A stretch of DNA of 64,000 nucleotides from Deltaproteobacteria bacterium (GCA_040218735.1 JAVJQW010000070.1:1-64000); one strand, 5' to 3'. Numbered from the stretch's first letter, positions 19,926-29,319 are shown. Numbers and translations are program-made. Notes: generated by a model not told the origin, from the letters alone.

Positions 19926-20821
19926 GACGCACCCCCTTCGACGACGGCGCGTCGCACCAGCCAGCTCACCCCGCCACGGTCGTCGCGGAGGACGAGGTAC
20001 AGCGTGACGTCGCGCGGCGCGGTCGGGAGCGTCCAGGCGTTGCGGGTCAGCGCGGCGAACGTCGCGGCGGCGTCGCCCGGAATGAACACCGTCCGCATCG
20101 CGTCCGTCTCGCCGCCGGTGACGAACCAGGTCGCGCGGAGGATCTCGCGGTCGTCCGCGTTGGTGCCGTAGGTCTCGGCCGCGGCCTCGGGGACGAGGAG
20201 CTCGAGCTGCACCTCGCCGTCGATCCGCGCGCCTTCGATCGGCTTCATCGCGCCCGCCACCTCGACCCGAACGTCGTCGAGGTGAGGGTTCAAGTTGCGG
20301 GGGGCATCGTCGAGCACGAGCGGCAGCGCGTGCAGCGCGATGACGCGCTCCCCCGCGGCCGACTCGATCTCGAGCCGAACGTAGAGCTCGGGGCGATCGC
20401 TCGCGCAGTCCAGGCGCGGCGCGCCGTTGGGTGCCTCGCGTTGGGCGGCGACGTCGCAGAACGCGTCGGTGACGCTCGGGTCCGCCGGCCACGCGAACGT
20501 GGCGGACGTGGACGTGGAGAGCAGCGCGTTCGGGAGCTCAGATTCGATCTCCCCGTCTTGGATAGCGCAGGTATGCCGCTCGCCGGGGCCGCGCGTGACG
20601 GCGCACCAGCGCCACGTGAAGCGCGGCGCGTCGTCACCGACGACCAGCGCGGTCAGCTCGACCCGTTCGCCGGGCCGAAGCTCGGGCGGGGTCGCCTGGA
20701 TCGCGAGGAGCCGAAAGCCCTCGACTTCGTTGTACGGGCTGAAGTCGTCCCCGCACCCGCCGCACAGGGCGAACGTCGCCAGGACGAGGCCCAAGGGGGC
20801 CACGTGGGTGGAGTGGTTCAT
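19922..20821 (-). CDS. Lipoprotein associated with the TBDR
   Basis: Lipobox ALCGGC, RLLAIQATPPE, VLRDDRGGVSW. Confidence 0.8.
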   Translation of the reverse strand: MNHSTHVAPLGLVLATFALCGGCGDDFSPYNEVEGFRLLAIQATPPELRPGERVELTALVVGDDAPRFTWRWCAVTRGPGERHTCAIQDGEIESELPNALLSTSTSATFAWPADPSVTDAFCDVAAQREAPNGAPRLDCASDRPELYVRLEIESAAGERVIALHALPLVLDDAPRNLNPHLDDVRVEVAGAMKPIEGARIDGEVQLELLVPEAAAETYGTNADDREILRATWFVTGGETDAMRTVFIPGDAAATFAALTRNAWTLPTAPRDVTLYLVLRDDRGGVSWLVRRAVVEGGAS

Positions 20822-20846
20822 GTCGAGCGTCCTTCCTCGGTCGTCG

Positions 20847-21767
20847 TCAGGTGGAGAGCCGGAAGTGGTAGGTGAATCGGAGCACGTATGGGATCGGGGC
20901 GCCGCCGCGGATCGCGGGTCGGAAGCGCTCGCGCTCGGCCGCGTCGCGGGCCGCGTCGTTGAACGCTTCGTGCTCGGAGCGGACCACGAGCCGCACGTTG
21001 TGCGCGGCGCCGTCCTCGCCGACCGTGAGCTCCACGGTCACGCGATCCTCGAGGCCGCGCTCCCGGTAGACCTCGGGGTACGGCGGCGCGCGGCGGCGGA
21101 GGCGACGCGGCGGCTCGACGTCGTCGTCACCGGTTCGTGGGCCGCGGTACCGCGCGCGTCGGTTCGCGGGGGGCGGCGCCTTCGCAGCGACGGGCGCATC
21201 GGCCACGGGCGCCGACGCCACGCGCTCGGTGGCGCCGAGCCGGGTGTTGCCGACCGCGAACGCGGGGCCGGCGCCGCCGGGGACGGTCGAAGAGAGGCGG
21301 AGCCCGACACGGAGCCGGGGCGGCGCGTCCGCGACCGCCGGCTTCGACTCGGCGGAGCGCGGCGGCGCGGTCTCGGTGCGCTTCGGCTTCGAGGGCTTCG
21401 GATCTAGGGCCTTCGCCTTCGCGCGCCGCGGCTTCGACGGCTTCGGCTTGGTGCGCTTCGCCTTCGCGCGCTTCGGCGCTTCGGGCGTCACGACCTCCTC
21501 CGCCGCCGCGACGACGCGCGGAGCCTTCGCCCGCAGCGTCACCTCCACCGGCGCCCGCTTCGGCTTCACCGCGCCGCGCGACGCCTGCGTCGTCCCCGCC
21601 GCCAGCAACCCGTGCGCGAGCACCGCGGCCACGAGGTACGGAGCGAGCGCCCAGCGCCGCCGCCGCGTCGCCAACGGATCCCGCGTCAGCGCCGGGAGCC
21701 GAATCCAACGCGCCGCGGGGGACGCCGTCCACCGACGCCGACGCGCTCGCCGCTTCGCCCGACTCAT
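20847..21767 (-). CDS. tonB: Energy transducer TonB
   Basis: TM helix with AHG, Lys/Pro-rich linker, PPYPEVYRERGLE..FRPA. Confidence 0.85.
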   Translation of the reverse strand: MSRAKRRARRRRWTASPAARWIRLPALTRDPLATRRRRWALAPYLVAAVLAHGLLAAGTTQASRGAVKPKRAPVEVTLRAKAPRVVAAAEEVVTPEAPKRAKAKRTKPKPSKPRRAKAKALDPKPSKPKRTETAPPRSAESKPAVADAPPRLRVGLRLSSTVPGGAGPAFAVGNTRLGATERVASAPVADAPVAAKAPPPANRRARYRGPRTGDDDVEPPRRLRRRAPPYPEVYRERGLEDRVTVELTVGEDGAAHNVRLVVRSEHEAFNDAARDAAERERFRPAIRGGAPIPYVLRFTYHFRLST

Positions 21768-22035
21768 CGCTCTGCCTCCCCGCGCATCACGTCGAGCGCG
21801 AGCGGCGCGACGCGCTGCTTAAGGGCCCGGCTCGTCATCGCGTGCTCCACGTCGAAGGCAAGCCGCGCAATGCGCTGCTTCGTGGCGTGACGCATCGCAC
21901 CGCGCTCCCCGTCGCGATTGCGCGGCGTGAGGACGCTCTGCCTCACCATGGTGATCGCACCCCGGTCCGCGTCGAGCGCGGAACTCCCCGCGCGACTCAT
22001 CGCTCCGCCTCCCCGCGCTCCACGTCGAGCGCGAA
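21760..22035. repeat. Degenerate ~60-nt tandem repeat (about 5 units) at the exbD-tonB junction
   Basis: cgcgcatcacgtcgagcgcg (21781), cgtgctccacgtcgaaggca (21841), cgcgctccccgtcgcg (21901), cccggtccgcgtcgagcgcg (21961), cgcgctccacgtcgagcgcg (22014). Confidence 0.75.
21764..22000 (-). CDS. 78-aa ORF built from degenerate duplications of the exbD 3' end
   Basis: ATGA-coupled at both ends; ends ALDVMRGEAER like ExbD's ALDVERGEAER. Confidence 0.4.
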   Translation of the reverse strand: MSRAGSSALDADRGAITMVRQSVLTPRNRDGERGAMRHATKQRIARLAFDVEHAMTSRALKQRVAPLALDVMRGEAER

Positions 22036-22413
22036 CTGTGTGACGCCGTTCTGCTTCACCGTGTCGATCGCGGCGACGACGCCGCGGTAGGGCGCCTCCG
22101 CGTCCGCGGAGATCACGGCCCGGACCCCCGGGTGCTCGGCCGCCACCGCGCGCGTCCGCAGTCCGAGCTGCGCCGCGTCGACGGCTTCCCCGTCGAGCCA
22201 CAGCGTCCCGTCGGCGCGCACCACGACGTTGAGCGTCCGCTCCACGCCCTCCCCGGCGCTCGCGGCGCGCGGGAGGTCGACCGCGATCGACGCGTTCGCA
22301 ATCGCCGTCGAGGTCACCATCAAGATGATCAGCAGCACCAACACCACGTCCACGAACGGCGTCACGTTGATGGCGGCGATCGGACCACCGTCGCTCGGCG
22401 TCGAAGCAGCCAT
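21997..22413 (-). CDS. exbD: Biopolymer transport protein ExbD/TolR
   Basis: INVTPFVDVVLVLLIILMV; ISADAEAPY. Confidence 0.92.
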   Translation of the reverse strand: MAASTPSDGGPIAAINVTPFVDVVLVLLIILMVTSTAIANASIAVDLPRAASAGEGVERTLNVVVRADGTLWLDGEAVDAAQLGLRTRAVAAEHPGVRAVISADAEAPYRGVVAAIDTVKQNGVTQFALDVERGEAER

Positions 22414-23051
22414 CACGCCACCTCCCGCGTCGCCTGGCTGTCGAGCTCGCTCAGCAGCACCTTCGCGAGCGTCGATGCGCCCGCGACCGCCGCGCTGACC
22501 CGCGCCGACAGGACGTTGTAGGCCACCACCGCCGGCACCGCGACGAGCAGTCCCACCGCCGTCGCGATCAGCGCCTCCGAGATCCCCGACATGACCGACC
22601 CGCTCGCCTGCGAGAGATCCCCCGACAGGTCCGCGAACGCCCGGATGATGCCGAGGACCGTCCCGAACAACCCCACGAACGGCGCGTTGCTCCCGACCGT
22701 CGCGAGGAACCCGAGCCGTCGCCCGTACCGCAGCCGCTCGTGCTCTGTCGCGCCCTCGATCAGGTGCTCGACCGCGTCCGGCCCCTTGTGGTGCGCGCGG
22801 AGCCCGAACAGGACCACGTTCGTCTCGAGCGCGTCGTGCCGCGCGAGCAGCTCCGCCGCGCGAGCGATCTGCCCGTTCTCCAGCAGCTGCGACAGCTCGC
22901 CGCGGAGCTCGTCCAGGTCCACGCGGCGACGAAAGAGGAACACCCACCGCTCGAACGCGATCGCGATCGAGGCGGCGGAGAGGCCGATCAGGAGCCAGAG
23001 CACCCATTCGGCTTCGAAGAGGGGGAGCGACATCAGTTGCGTCGTGTTCAC
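22413..23051 (-). CDS. exbB: ExbB/TolQ proton channel
   Basis: FLATVGSNAPFVGLFGTVLGII; GISEALIATAVGLLVAVPA. Confidence 0.92.
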   Translation of the reverse strand: MNTTQLMSLPLFEAEWVLWLLIGLSAASIAIAFERWVFLFRRRVDLDELRGELSQLLENGQIARAAELLARHDALETNVVLFGLRAHHKGPDAVEHLIEGATEHERLRYGRRLGFLATVGSNAPFVGLFGTVLGIIRAFADLSGDLSQASGSVMSGISEALIATAVGLLVAVPAVVAYNVLSARVSAAVAGASTLAKVLLSELDSQATREVA

Positions 23052-23056
23052 GGCCC

Positions 23057-23150
23057 TTCGAACACCGGCGCGCCCGCCAGGTGTCACCGCAATCGTCACG
23101 AATCTTTTTTTCGATCCGAGGTGACAGATCCGTCGGCCCGCGGTTTTGAA
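23057..23150. promoter_or_regulatory. Divergent pair of similar putative ECF promoters (GTGACA-N16-GT(G/T)TT..GAA)
   Basis: Plus: GTGACA-gatccgtcggcccgcg-GTTTTGAA before the sigma gene; minus: GTGACA-cctggcgggcgcgccg-GTGTTCGAA before exbB. Confidence 0.5.
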
Positions 23151-23162
23151 TCGACGGCGAGC

Positions 23163-23663
23163 GTGGAAGTCGAGGTCGAGGACTGGTACCGGCGCTTCGG
23201 ACCGATGGTGCTCCGTCGGTGCCGACGTCTGCTCGCCGACGAAGAACAGGCGGTCGACGCGATGCACGACGTTTTCGTACAGCTCCTGAGGAACGAGGAT
23301 CGGCTCGACGGCAGCGCGCCGTCGTCGCTGCTCTTTCGGATGGCCACCAACGTGTGCCTGAACAAGATCCGCACGAAGAAGCGGCACCCCGAGGACAAAC
23401 AAGCCGAGCTCCTCGACGCCCTCGCGGCGCTCGACGATCCCGAAGCCCGCACCGGTGCTGCGCGGTTCCTCAGCAACCTCTTCGGACGCGAGCAGCCCTC
23501 CACCGCGACCATCGCCGTCCTCCACCTACTGGACGGCATGACCCACGAAGAGGTCGCCGAGGTCGTGGGGCTGTCGGTCTCCGGCGTCCGCAAACGGCTG
23601 CGGGTGCTGCGCGCCAACGCCCTGACCCTCGCCGCACTCGAGGCACGAGAGGAGCGCGCATGA
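23163..23663 (+). CDS. ECF sigma factor
   Basis: AVDAMHDVFVQLL, LLFRMATNVCLN, MTHEEVAEVVGLSVSGVRKRL. Confidence 0.9.
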   Translation: MEVEVEDWYRRFGPMVLRRCRRLLADEEQAVDAMHDVFVQLLRNEDRLDGSAPSSLLFRMATNVCLNKIRTKKRHPEDKQAELLDALAALDDPEARTGAARFLSNLFGREQPSTATIAVLHLLDGMTHEEVAEVVGLSVSGVRKRLRVLRANALTLAALEAREERA

Positions 23664-24364
23664 CCGAGCCGAAGAACGACCTGTGGTACGAGCGCGTCGC
23701 GCTCGGGGAGATCACGCCGGACGAGCTGACGGCGGAGGAGCGCGAGCGCGTCGACGCCATCGTCGCCTCTAACGCCGCGATCCTCGAACACCTCCCGCCG
23801 GCCGGCGTGCGACGCGAGGTCGAGCGCCGCTCCGCCACCACACCCACGAAGAAGCGCTGGCCGCTCCTCCTCGTCCCGACCTTCGCCGCGGCGGCGGCGC
23901 TGGCGCTGGTGTTCGTCGGCGAGTCCCCCACGGAGCGCACCAAGGGCGACGCCCGCCTCGTCGTACACGAGAAGACCGCGACGGGGATCGAGCAAGTCCG
24001 CGCCGGCGACGCGCTGGAACGCGGCGCGCTCCTCCAGGTCGGCTACACGCCGGGCGGCAATGGGTATGGCGCGGTGGTTTCGATCGACGGGCGCGGCGTC
24101 GTCACGCTGCACTGGCCCGCGAGCCCCTCGGCCTGGTCACCGACGGTCGAGACGGAGGGCGGGACGCTCCCGTCCGCCTATGAGCTCGACGACGCCCCGC
24201 GCTTCGAGCGGTTCTTCCTCGTCACCTGCGCCGAGCGCTTCTTGGCGCGCGACGTCGTGGATGCGGCGGAGTCCCTCGAAGATCCCGAGGCGGGCGCCCT
24301 CGCGGTGAAGGACGGTTGCCGGACCCACAGCCTCGCGTTCAAGAAGAAGGAGCCGACCCGATGA
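23660..24364 (+). CDS. Anti-sigma-like TM protein (ActD-like/DUF4384-like periplasmic domain)
   Basis: ERVALGEI N-terminus, one TM helix, RTKG, AYELDDAPRFERFF; ATGA-coupled to the sigma gene. Confidence 0.75.
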   Translation: MTEPKNDLWYERVALGEITPDELTAEERERVDAIVASNAAILEHLPPAGVRREVERRSATTPTKKRWPLLLVPTFAAAAALALVFVGESPTERTKGDARLVVHEKTATGIEQVRAGDALERGALLQVGYTPGGNGYGAVVSIDGRGVVTLHWPASPSAWSPTVETEGGTLPSAYELDDAPRFERFFLVTCAERFLARDVVDAAESLEDPEAGALAVKDGCRTHSLAFKKKEPTR

Positions 24365-26430
24365 GCGCCACCCTCGCCTTGCTCCTCGCTCTGTCCGGCG
24401 CCGCCGACGCGGACCGCGTCGTGGTCCGCCGCTTTGCCCTGATCGCCGCGGCCAACGACGGCGGACGCGAACGTCCGCGCCTTCGCTACGCAGTCACCGA
24501 CGCACGCGCACTCGCAGGCGTGCTCGAAGAGCTCGGCGGCGTCGCGCCCGAGGACCGCGTAATGGTCGTCGAGCCGACGCGCGACGAGCTGCTCGCGAGC
24601 ATCGACGCCCTCGAAGACCGCCTGCAGGCCGCGCGCGCCGAACGTCCGGCGCGGTTGGAGCTGGTGTTCTACTACTCGGGCCACAGCGACGAGACCGGGC
24701 TGCTCCTCGGCGAGGAGGCCCTCCCCTACGGGACGCTGCGCGGGCGCCTCGACGGCCTCGCGGCGGACGTCCGCATCGCGATCCTCGACAGCTGCGCGTC
24801 CGGTGCGATCACCCGCAAGAAGGGCGGCAAGCTCCGCCCGCCGTTCCTCGTGGACCGCTCCTCTCAGGTGAAGGGCTTTGCGGTGCTCACCTCGAGCTCC
24901 GAGAACGAAGCGGCGCAGGAGTCCGACCGCATCCGCGGCTCGTTCTTCACGCACTACCTCGTGAGCGGGCTGCGCGGCGCGGCCGACGTGACGACGGACG
25001 GGCGCGTCACGTTGAACGAAGCCTACGCATTTGCGTTCCACGAGACGCTGCGCCGCACCGAGAAGACACTCGGCGGCGCGCAGCACGCGGCGTACGACAT
25101 CCAGCTCGCGGGCAGCGGCGACCTCGTGATGACCGACGTGAACGCGACGAGCGCGACGCTCGGCCTCCCCGAGTCGCTCGGCGCGCGGGTGTTCGTGCGC
25201 GACGAGCGCGGGAAGCTGGTCGCCGAGCTCGACAAACCCGGCGGCCGGCGCGTCGAGCTGGGCCTCGCGCCGGGGCAGTACGAGATCACGCTCGAGTCGA
25301 AGCGAACGTTCAGGCGGAGCGACGTCGCGCTCGTCGAGGGCAAGACGATGGAGCTCGACCCGGCCGCGATGACGCTGGTCGAGGGCGAAGAGACGTTCCT
25401 GCGCGGCGACGACGAACCCGACGACTTCGTGCTCCTCGACTTTGGCGTCCTCCCGGCGCTGTCGCTCAACGGCAACGACGCCAGACGCAAAGTCGAGAAC
25501 CACGTGATGATCAGCCTCGGCTGGGGGCACGCCTACCGCCTCTCGGGCGCCGCGCTCGCGCTGGGGGCGGCGAGCACGTCCGAGAACATGACGGGCGTGC
25601 AGCTCGCGGTCGGGGTCACGAGCGTCGGCGGCTACGCGAAGGGCGCGCAGCTCTCGGCGGGCGTGAACTACGCATCGGTGATGGACGGTTTGCAGGCGAC
25701 CGCCGGCGTCAACGTGGCGGGACGCTTCCTCGGCGCGCAGCTCACGAGCGGTGTGAACTTCGCGCAGCAGCTCACGGGCCTGCAGATGGCGGCGGGCCTC
25801 AACGTGGTCGACGAGGGGCGCGGCGCCCAGCTCGCGATCGTGAACGCGGCGCAGCGCTTCGTCGGGTTGCAGCTCGGGCTCGTGAACCTCGCCAGCCACA
25901 ACGACGGGCTGCAGCTCGGGCTGCTGAACCTGTCGGACTCGAACGACGGAGAGAGCATCGGCCTGCTCAGCTACTCGCTGGAGGACGGGATCCTGCGGCC
26001 GTCCGTCTTCAGCAGCGACGTCGGGCTCGCGAGCGTGGGCCTGTCGATCGGCACCGGCCACCTCTACACGCTGTTCTTCGCCGGCACCGGTTCGATCGCC
26101 AAGCGGGAGTCGGTGTCCTTCGGGCTCGGGCTCGGCGCGACGTTCCCGGTCGGCGAGCACTTCCGCGTCGACGTCGACGTGCGCAGTGGCACCGCGTGGG
26201 CGACGCAACAGCTCGACCGTCCCTCTCAGCTCCTCAGCACCGCGCGCGTGCGCCTGGGGTGGCGGGTGCTGCCGTGGCTCACGCTGTTCGCGGGCCCCGC
26301 GTACCACGTCGCGGTCGACTCCGAGGTCATGACGGACGAGGACCGCATCGCGCCGAGCTACGCGTGGGCCCACGGAGACGACGTGCGCTCGTGGCTGGGC
26401 GGGTCGGTCGGCGTCGAACTTTTTCGCTGA
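24361..26430 (+). CDS. Secreted caspase-family (peptidase C14) protein with Gly-Gln-Asn solenoid repeats and a C-terminal beta-barrel
   Basis: Signal peptide; catalytic FYYSGHSD and ILDSCASG; repeats GxQLxxGxN; barrel-like strands at the C-terminus. Confidence 0.85.
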   Translation: MSATLALLLALSGAADADRVVVRRFALIAAANDGGRERPRLRYAVTDARALAGVLEELGGVAPEDRVMVVEPTRDELLASIDALEDRLQAARAERPARLELVFYYSGHSDETGLLLGEEALPYGTLRGRLDGLAADVRIAILDSCASGAITRKKGGKLRPPFLVDRSSQVKGFAVLTSSSENEAAQESDRIRGSFFTHYLVSGLRGAADVTTDGRVTLNEAYAFAFHETLRRTEKTLGGAQHAAYDIQLAGSGDLVMTDVNATSATLGLPESLGARVFVRDERGKLVAELDKPGGRRVELGLAPGQYEITLESKRTFRRSDVALVEGKTMELDPAAMTLVEGEETFLRGDDEPDDFVLLDFGVLPALSLNGNDARRKVENHVMISLGWGHAYRLSGAALALGAASTSENMTGVQLAVGVTSVGGYAKGAQLSAGVNYASVMDGLQATAGVNVAGRFLGAQLTSGVNFAQQLTGLQMAAGLNVVDEGRGAQLAIVNAAQRFVGLQLGLVNLASHNDGLQLGLLNLSDSNDGESIGLLSYSLEDGILRPSVFSSDVGLASVGLSIGTGHLYTLFFAGTGSIAKRESVSFGLGLGATFPVGEHFRVDVDVRSGTAWATQQLDRPSQLLSTARVRLGWRVLPWLTLFAGPAYHVAVDSEVMTDEDRIAPSYAWAHGDDVRSWLGGSVGVELFR

Positions 26431-26532
26431 CGCGTGCATCCGTTCGCTCCTCGCCGTCGAAGGCACTGAGGGGGAGCGGTACGGCGTCCGCGCTCCTTCG
26501 ACCGAAGTGTCTCGGACGCCAAGGAGCACAGG

Positions 26533-26967
26533 ATGTCCTCGACCTCGAAGTGGCTCGCGCCACTCCTCCTCACGCTAGGGCTCGCGCCGTCGGTGTCGCT
26601 GGCGGAAACCGCATCCGACGACACATCGCAGTGCGTCGAATGCACCGACCGGACCGGAAAACACGAAGCCAACGACACGAAGGACTACTGCTGGCGCCTC
26701 GGCAACGTCCGCGAGCCCGACGCGCAGGGGCGCTGCCCCACGGGGTGGCGTAAGTCGACGATCGGCGCCGAGAGCCGGCATCAGAACCGGCACCTCGACA
26801 AGTGTGAGGTCGCGGCGGCGCTCGCGGAGCCTCCCCAGTGCGAGGCCGGGTGTGACGGCAGCGCGAGCATCACGCGACGGCGCGTTACGGCAACGAGCTG
26901 CCTCATCGAAAAGAAGCGCGACTGCGCCCCCATCGCCGCGTGTGCCAACGAGAGGAGCCCGTCGTGA
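26533..26967 (+). CDS. Secreted Cys-rich small protein
   Basis: AAGGAG RBS, signal peptide, 10 Cys. Confidence 0.7.
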   Translation: MSSTSKWLAPLLLTLGLAPSVSLAETASDDTSQCVECTDRTGKHEANDTKDYCWRLGNVREPDAQGRCPTGWRKSTIGAESRHQNRHLDKCEVAAALAEPPQCEAGCDGSASITRRRVTATSCLIEKKRDCAPIAACANERSPS

Positions 26968-27425
26968 AGATCATCACTGCATGCTGCCTTGCGCTGCTCC
27001 TCACCGCTTGCCACGTCGACCCCCAAGAGCCGGGCGCCACCGTGGACCAGGCCGTTCGATACGAGACCGAGTGCGTGGGCGCCGACTGTGACGACGTCGA
27101 AGGGTCGGCGACGTTCTGCGGAGGGGACCTCGTCTGCCATCGCCCAACCCAGGGGTACCGGCTCCCGACGGTGATGCCGAACGGACAGCGCTCCTGCCCG
27201 CCGGGCTTTGCGTTGACCCTGGTGGGTGCGCCGAACCAACGCAACCACGGCGCGTGTGACGTCGCGAGGGCGTTCGCCTGGCCGCAGCCCTGCGAGGTGG
27301 GGTGCCAGGGCGACGTTCGCCTGCCGGTCACCCCGGCCGTCGCCAACGGGTGCTGCACCTTCGACTTCACGCGCGACTGCGACCCGGCCCCCATGTGCTC
27401 CGCCGACGAGGACGAAGCCCGCTAG
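26964..27425 (+). CDS. Cys-rich lipoprotein, paralogue of the upstream gene
   Basis: GAGGAG RBS, GTGA coupling, lipobox LLLTAC; shared Cys pattern. Confidence 0.7.
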   Translation: MKIITACCLALLLTACHVDPQEPGATVDQAVRYETECVGADCDDVEGSATFCGGDLVCHRPTQGYRLPTVMPNGQRSCPPGFALTLVGAPNQRNHGACDVARAFAWPQPCEVGCQGDVRLPVTPAVANGCCTFDFTRDCDPAPMCSADEDEAR

Positions 27426-27490
27426 CAGATCGGCGGCCGAGAACACGGGTGAGGTGCCCCCACGCCCGACCCGTGTTAAACACCCGACCT

Positions 27491-28696
27491 GTGCGGCCTC
27501 GTGTGCTCGCGATCGCCCTGCTCACGCTGAGCGTCTCTGCGCCGGCGTGGGCGCAAGACGTTCCGATCGCGGCGGAGGACGACGCCGTGGAGCCCGGCTT
27601 CGAGGAGGAGAGCGCACCGCCGCCTCCGCCACCCAGACGCCGACGAAGACGGCGCCCCTCGGACTACGAGGCGGTGGACGCCTCGGATCCTGGGCGCAAC
27701 GAACAGTTCGTCGAGCTCATCAACGCCACGCGCGGGGAGATCTCCCTCGGCGAGCTGATCGAGGAGGTCCTCGCAGACGTGATGGCCGAGCTCGACCGGC
27801 GCCCCGTCCAGCGGATGTCGCCGATGGCGATCCGGGAGATCAGCCTCGGCGCCAACGTGAAGAGCAGCTATCGAAAGAAGCTCGAGGCACAGCTCGTCGC
27901 GGCGATGCACGCCGGCACCGACATCGACCTCGTCGAGTGCATCGAGTGCAAGGCGACGCGCACCCGCATCGAGGACGGCAAGTGGATCGTCACGCGCGGC
28001 CTCGTCACCACCGACCAGATGCGTGAGGCCGGCGCGCGGCTCGGGGCGAAGACGTTCCTGGACGTCGCGTTCGGGTTCGATCCGGAGAGCGGCACCGTCG
28101 AGATGAGCTTCACGGTGATCCGCGCCCGCGACGCGCAGATCATGTGGGCCGAGACGTTCCGCGCCGACGAGAGCACGCCGATGTTGATGCGCGCCTCCGA
28201 GGCGCCCGTGAAGCGCAGCGATCGCCTGCGCGACCTGGAGATGCTCCTCGAAGGGCGCCCGTTCTACGGGTACATGGCGTCGGGCGGCTTCGCGCTGCTC
28301 CCGTACGACGACCCGATGCTCGGCGACATCAGCGGCGCCACCGCGGGTTACCGGATCTACGAGCGCTTCGGCGAGGACCGCAACGTCATGTTCGGCCTCG
28401 ACCTCATGGCGTTCTTCAACCCGGATCGTCTCTCGGGCGGTATCCTCTCGGCGGGGTCGTGGTGGGTTCCGATTCGCCCGGACCTGGTGAACCCGGAGCT
28501 GCGCATCGGCGCGAAGGCGGGGGCGTTCATCGCGGGGCCGGAAGGGAACGCCGCGATCTTCCAGCTCGGCGCGGAGGTCCTGCTTCGCTATCGCTTCGGG
28601 CTCTACGCGTACGTGCTGTTCATGACGAAGTCCGCGTTCAACGACAACCACCTCGGCGGGGTCGGCTTCTCCGCGGGCATCTCGTTCAACTGGTGA
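27491..28696 (+). CDS. Outer-membrane protein with a periplasmic alpha/beta (CsgG/FlgO-like?) domain and C-terminal beta-barrel
   Basis: Signal peptide APAWA, CxxC (ECIEC), AGARLGAKTFL..IMWAETF, strands ending GISFNW. Confidence 0.7.
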   Translation: MRPRVLAIALLTLSVSAPAWAQDVPIAAEDDAVEPGFEEESAPPPPPPRRRRRRRPSDYEAVDASDPGRNEQFVELINATRGEISLGELIEEVLADVMAELDRRPVQRMSPMAIREISLGANVKSSYRKKLEAQLVAAMHAGTDIDLVECIECKATRTRIEDGKWIVTRGLVTTDQMREAGARLGAKTFLDVAFGFDPESGTVEMSFTVIRARDAQIMWAETFRADESTPMLMRASEAPVKRSDRLRDLEMLLEGRPFYGYMASGGFALLPYDDPMLGDISGATAGYRIYERFGEDRNVMFGLDLMAFFNPDRLSGGILSAGSWWVPIRPDLVNPELRIGAKAGAFIAGPEGNAAIFQLGAEVLLRYRFGLYAYVLFMTKSAFNDNHLGGVGFSAGISFNW

Positions 28697-28701
28697 CCCC
28701 C

Positions 28702-29319
28702 ATGCGTAGCGTCTCGATCCTCGCCCTGGCCCTCGCGCTGTTCGCCTGCTCCGGGAACCAGCGGACCATTCGCATCCCGGACAGCGTCGTCGCGGATCCG
28801 AAGAAGGCGAAGACCACCCAGGAGCGGGTCGCGCAGCCGTACGTCGTGAAGATGTCGGACGGTAAACGGACCTGGCAGATCGAGATCCCGGTGAACGAGG
28901 GCTCGCCGACGTTCTCAGCGGCCATCCCCCTCGACCTCGGGCAGATCGCCCAGGACCCGCCCGACATGCCGCCGACCGAGGCGGACCGCGAGGTCATCGA
29001 GGCCAAGCGCGCCGCGGGCGAGCCGATCGCGGAGCCGAAGCCGGGGGAGTCGCCCAAGGCGCAGAGTTACCTCGCGACGCTCGCGCGCGTCCGCGAGCTG
29101 TACAAACGCCGCCAGTACGAGCTGGCGCTCGTCGACCTCGTGAACCTCGATCGTCAGTACCCCGACGACGAGCGGATCCTGGCGATGAAGGGCACCCTGT
29201 ACCGAAAGCTGGGCCGACGGGACGAGGCCAAGCGCGCCTGGGAGCGCGTCCTCGCGCTCAACCCCGACAACGCCATGGTCGGGCGCGCGCTGGAGCAGCT
29301 CTTGGAGGAGACCGAATAG
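28702..29319 (+). CDS. TPR lipoprotein
   Basis: Lipobox LALFAC; TPR MKGTLYRKLGRRDEAKRAWERVLALNPDN. Confidence 0.85.
   Translation: MRSVSILALALALFACSGNQRTIRIPDSVVADPKKAKTTQERVAQPYVVKMSDGKRTWQIEIPVNEGSPTFSAAIPLDLGQIAQDPPDMPPTEADREVIEAKRAAGEPIAEPKPGESPKAQSYLATLARVRELYKRRQYELALVDLVNLDRQYPDDERILAMKGTLYRKLGRRDEAKRAWERVLALNPDNAMVGRALEQLLEETE

Noticed and set aside
19926-20492. N-terminal extension of the TBDR ORF
   Set aside because: Overlaps the lipoprotein gene; the real signal peptide starts at GTG 19925.
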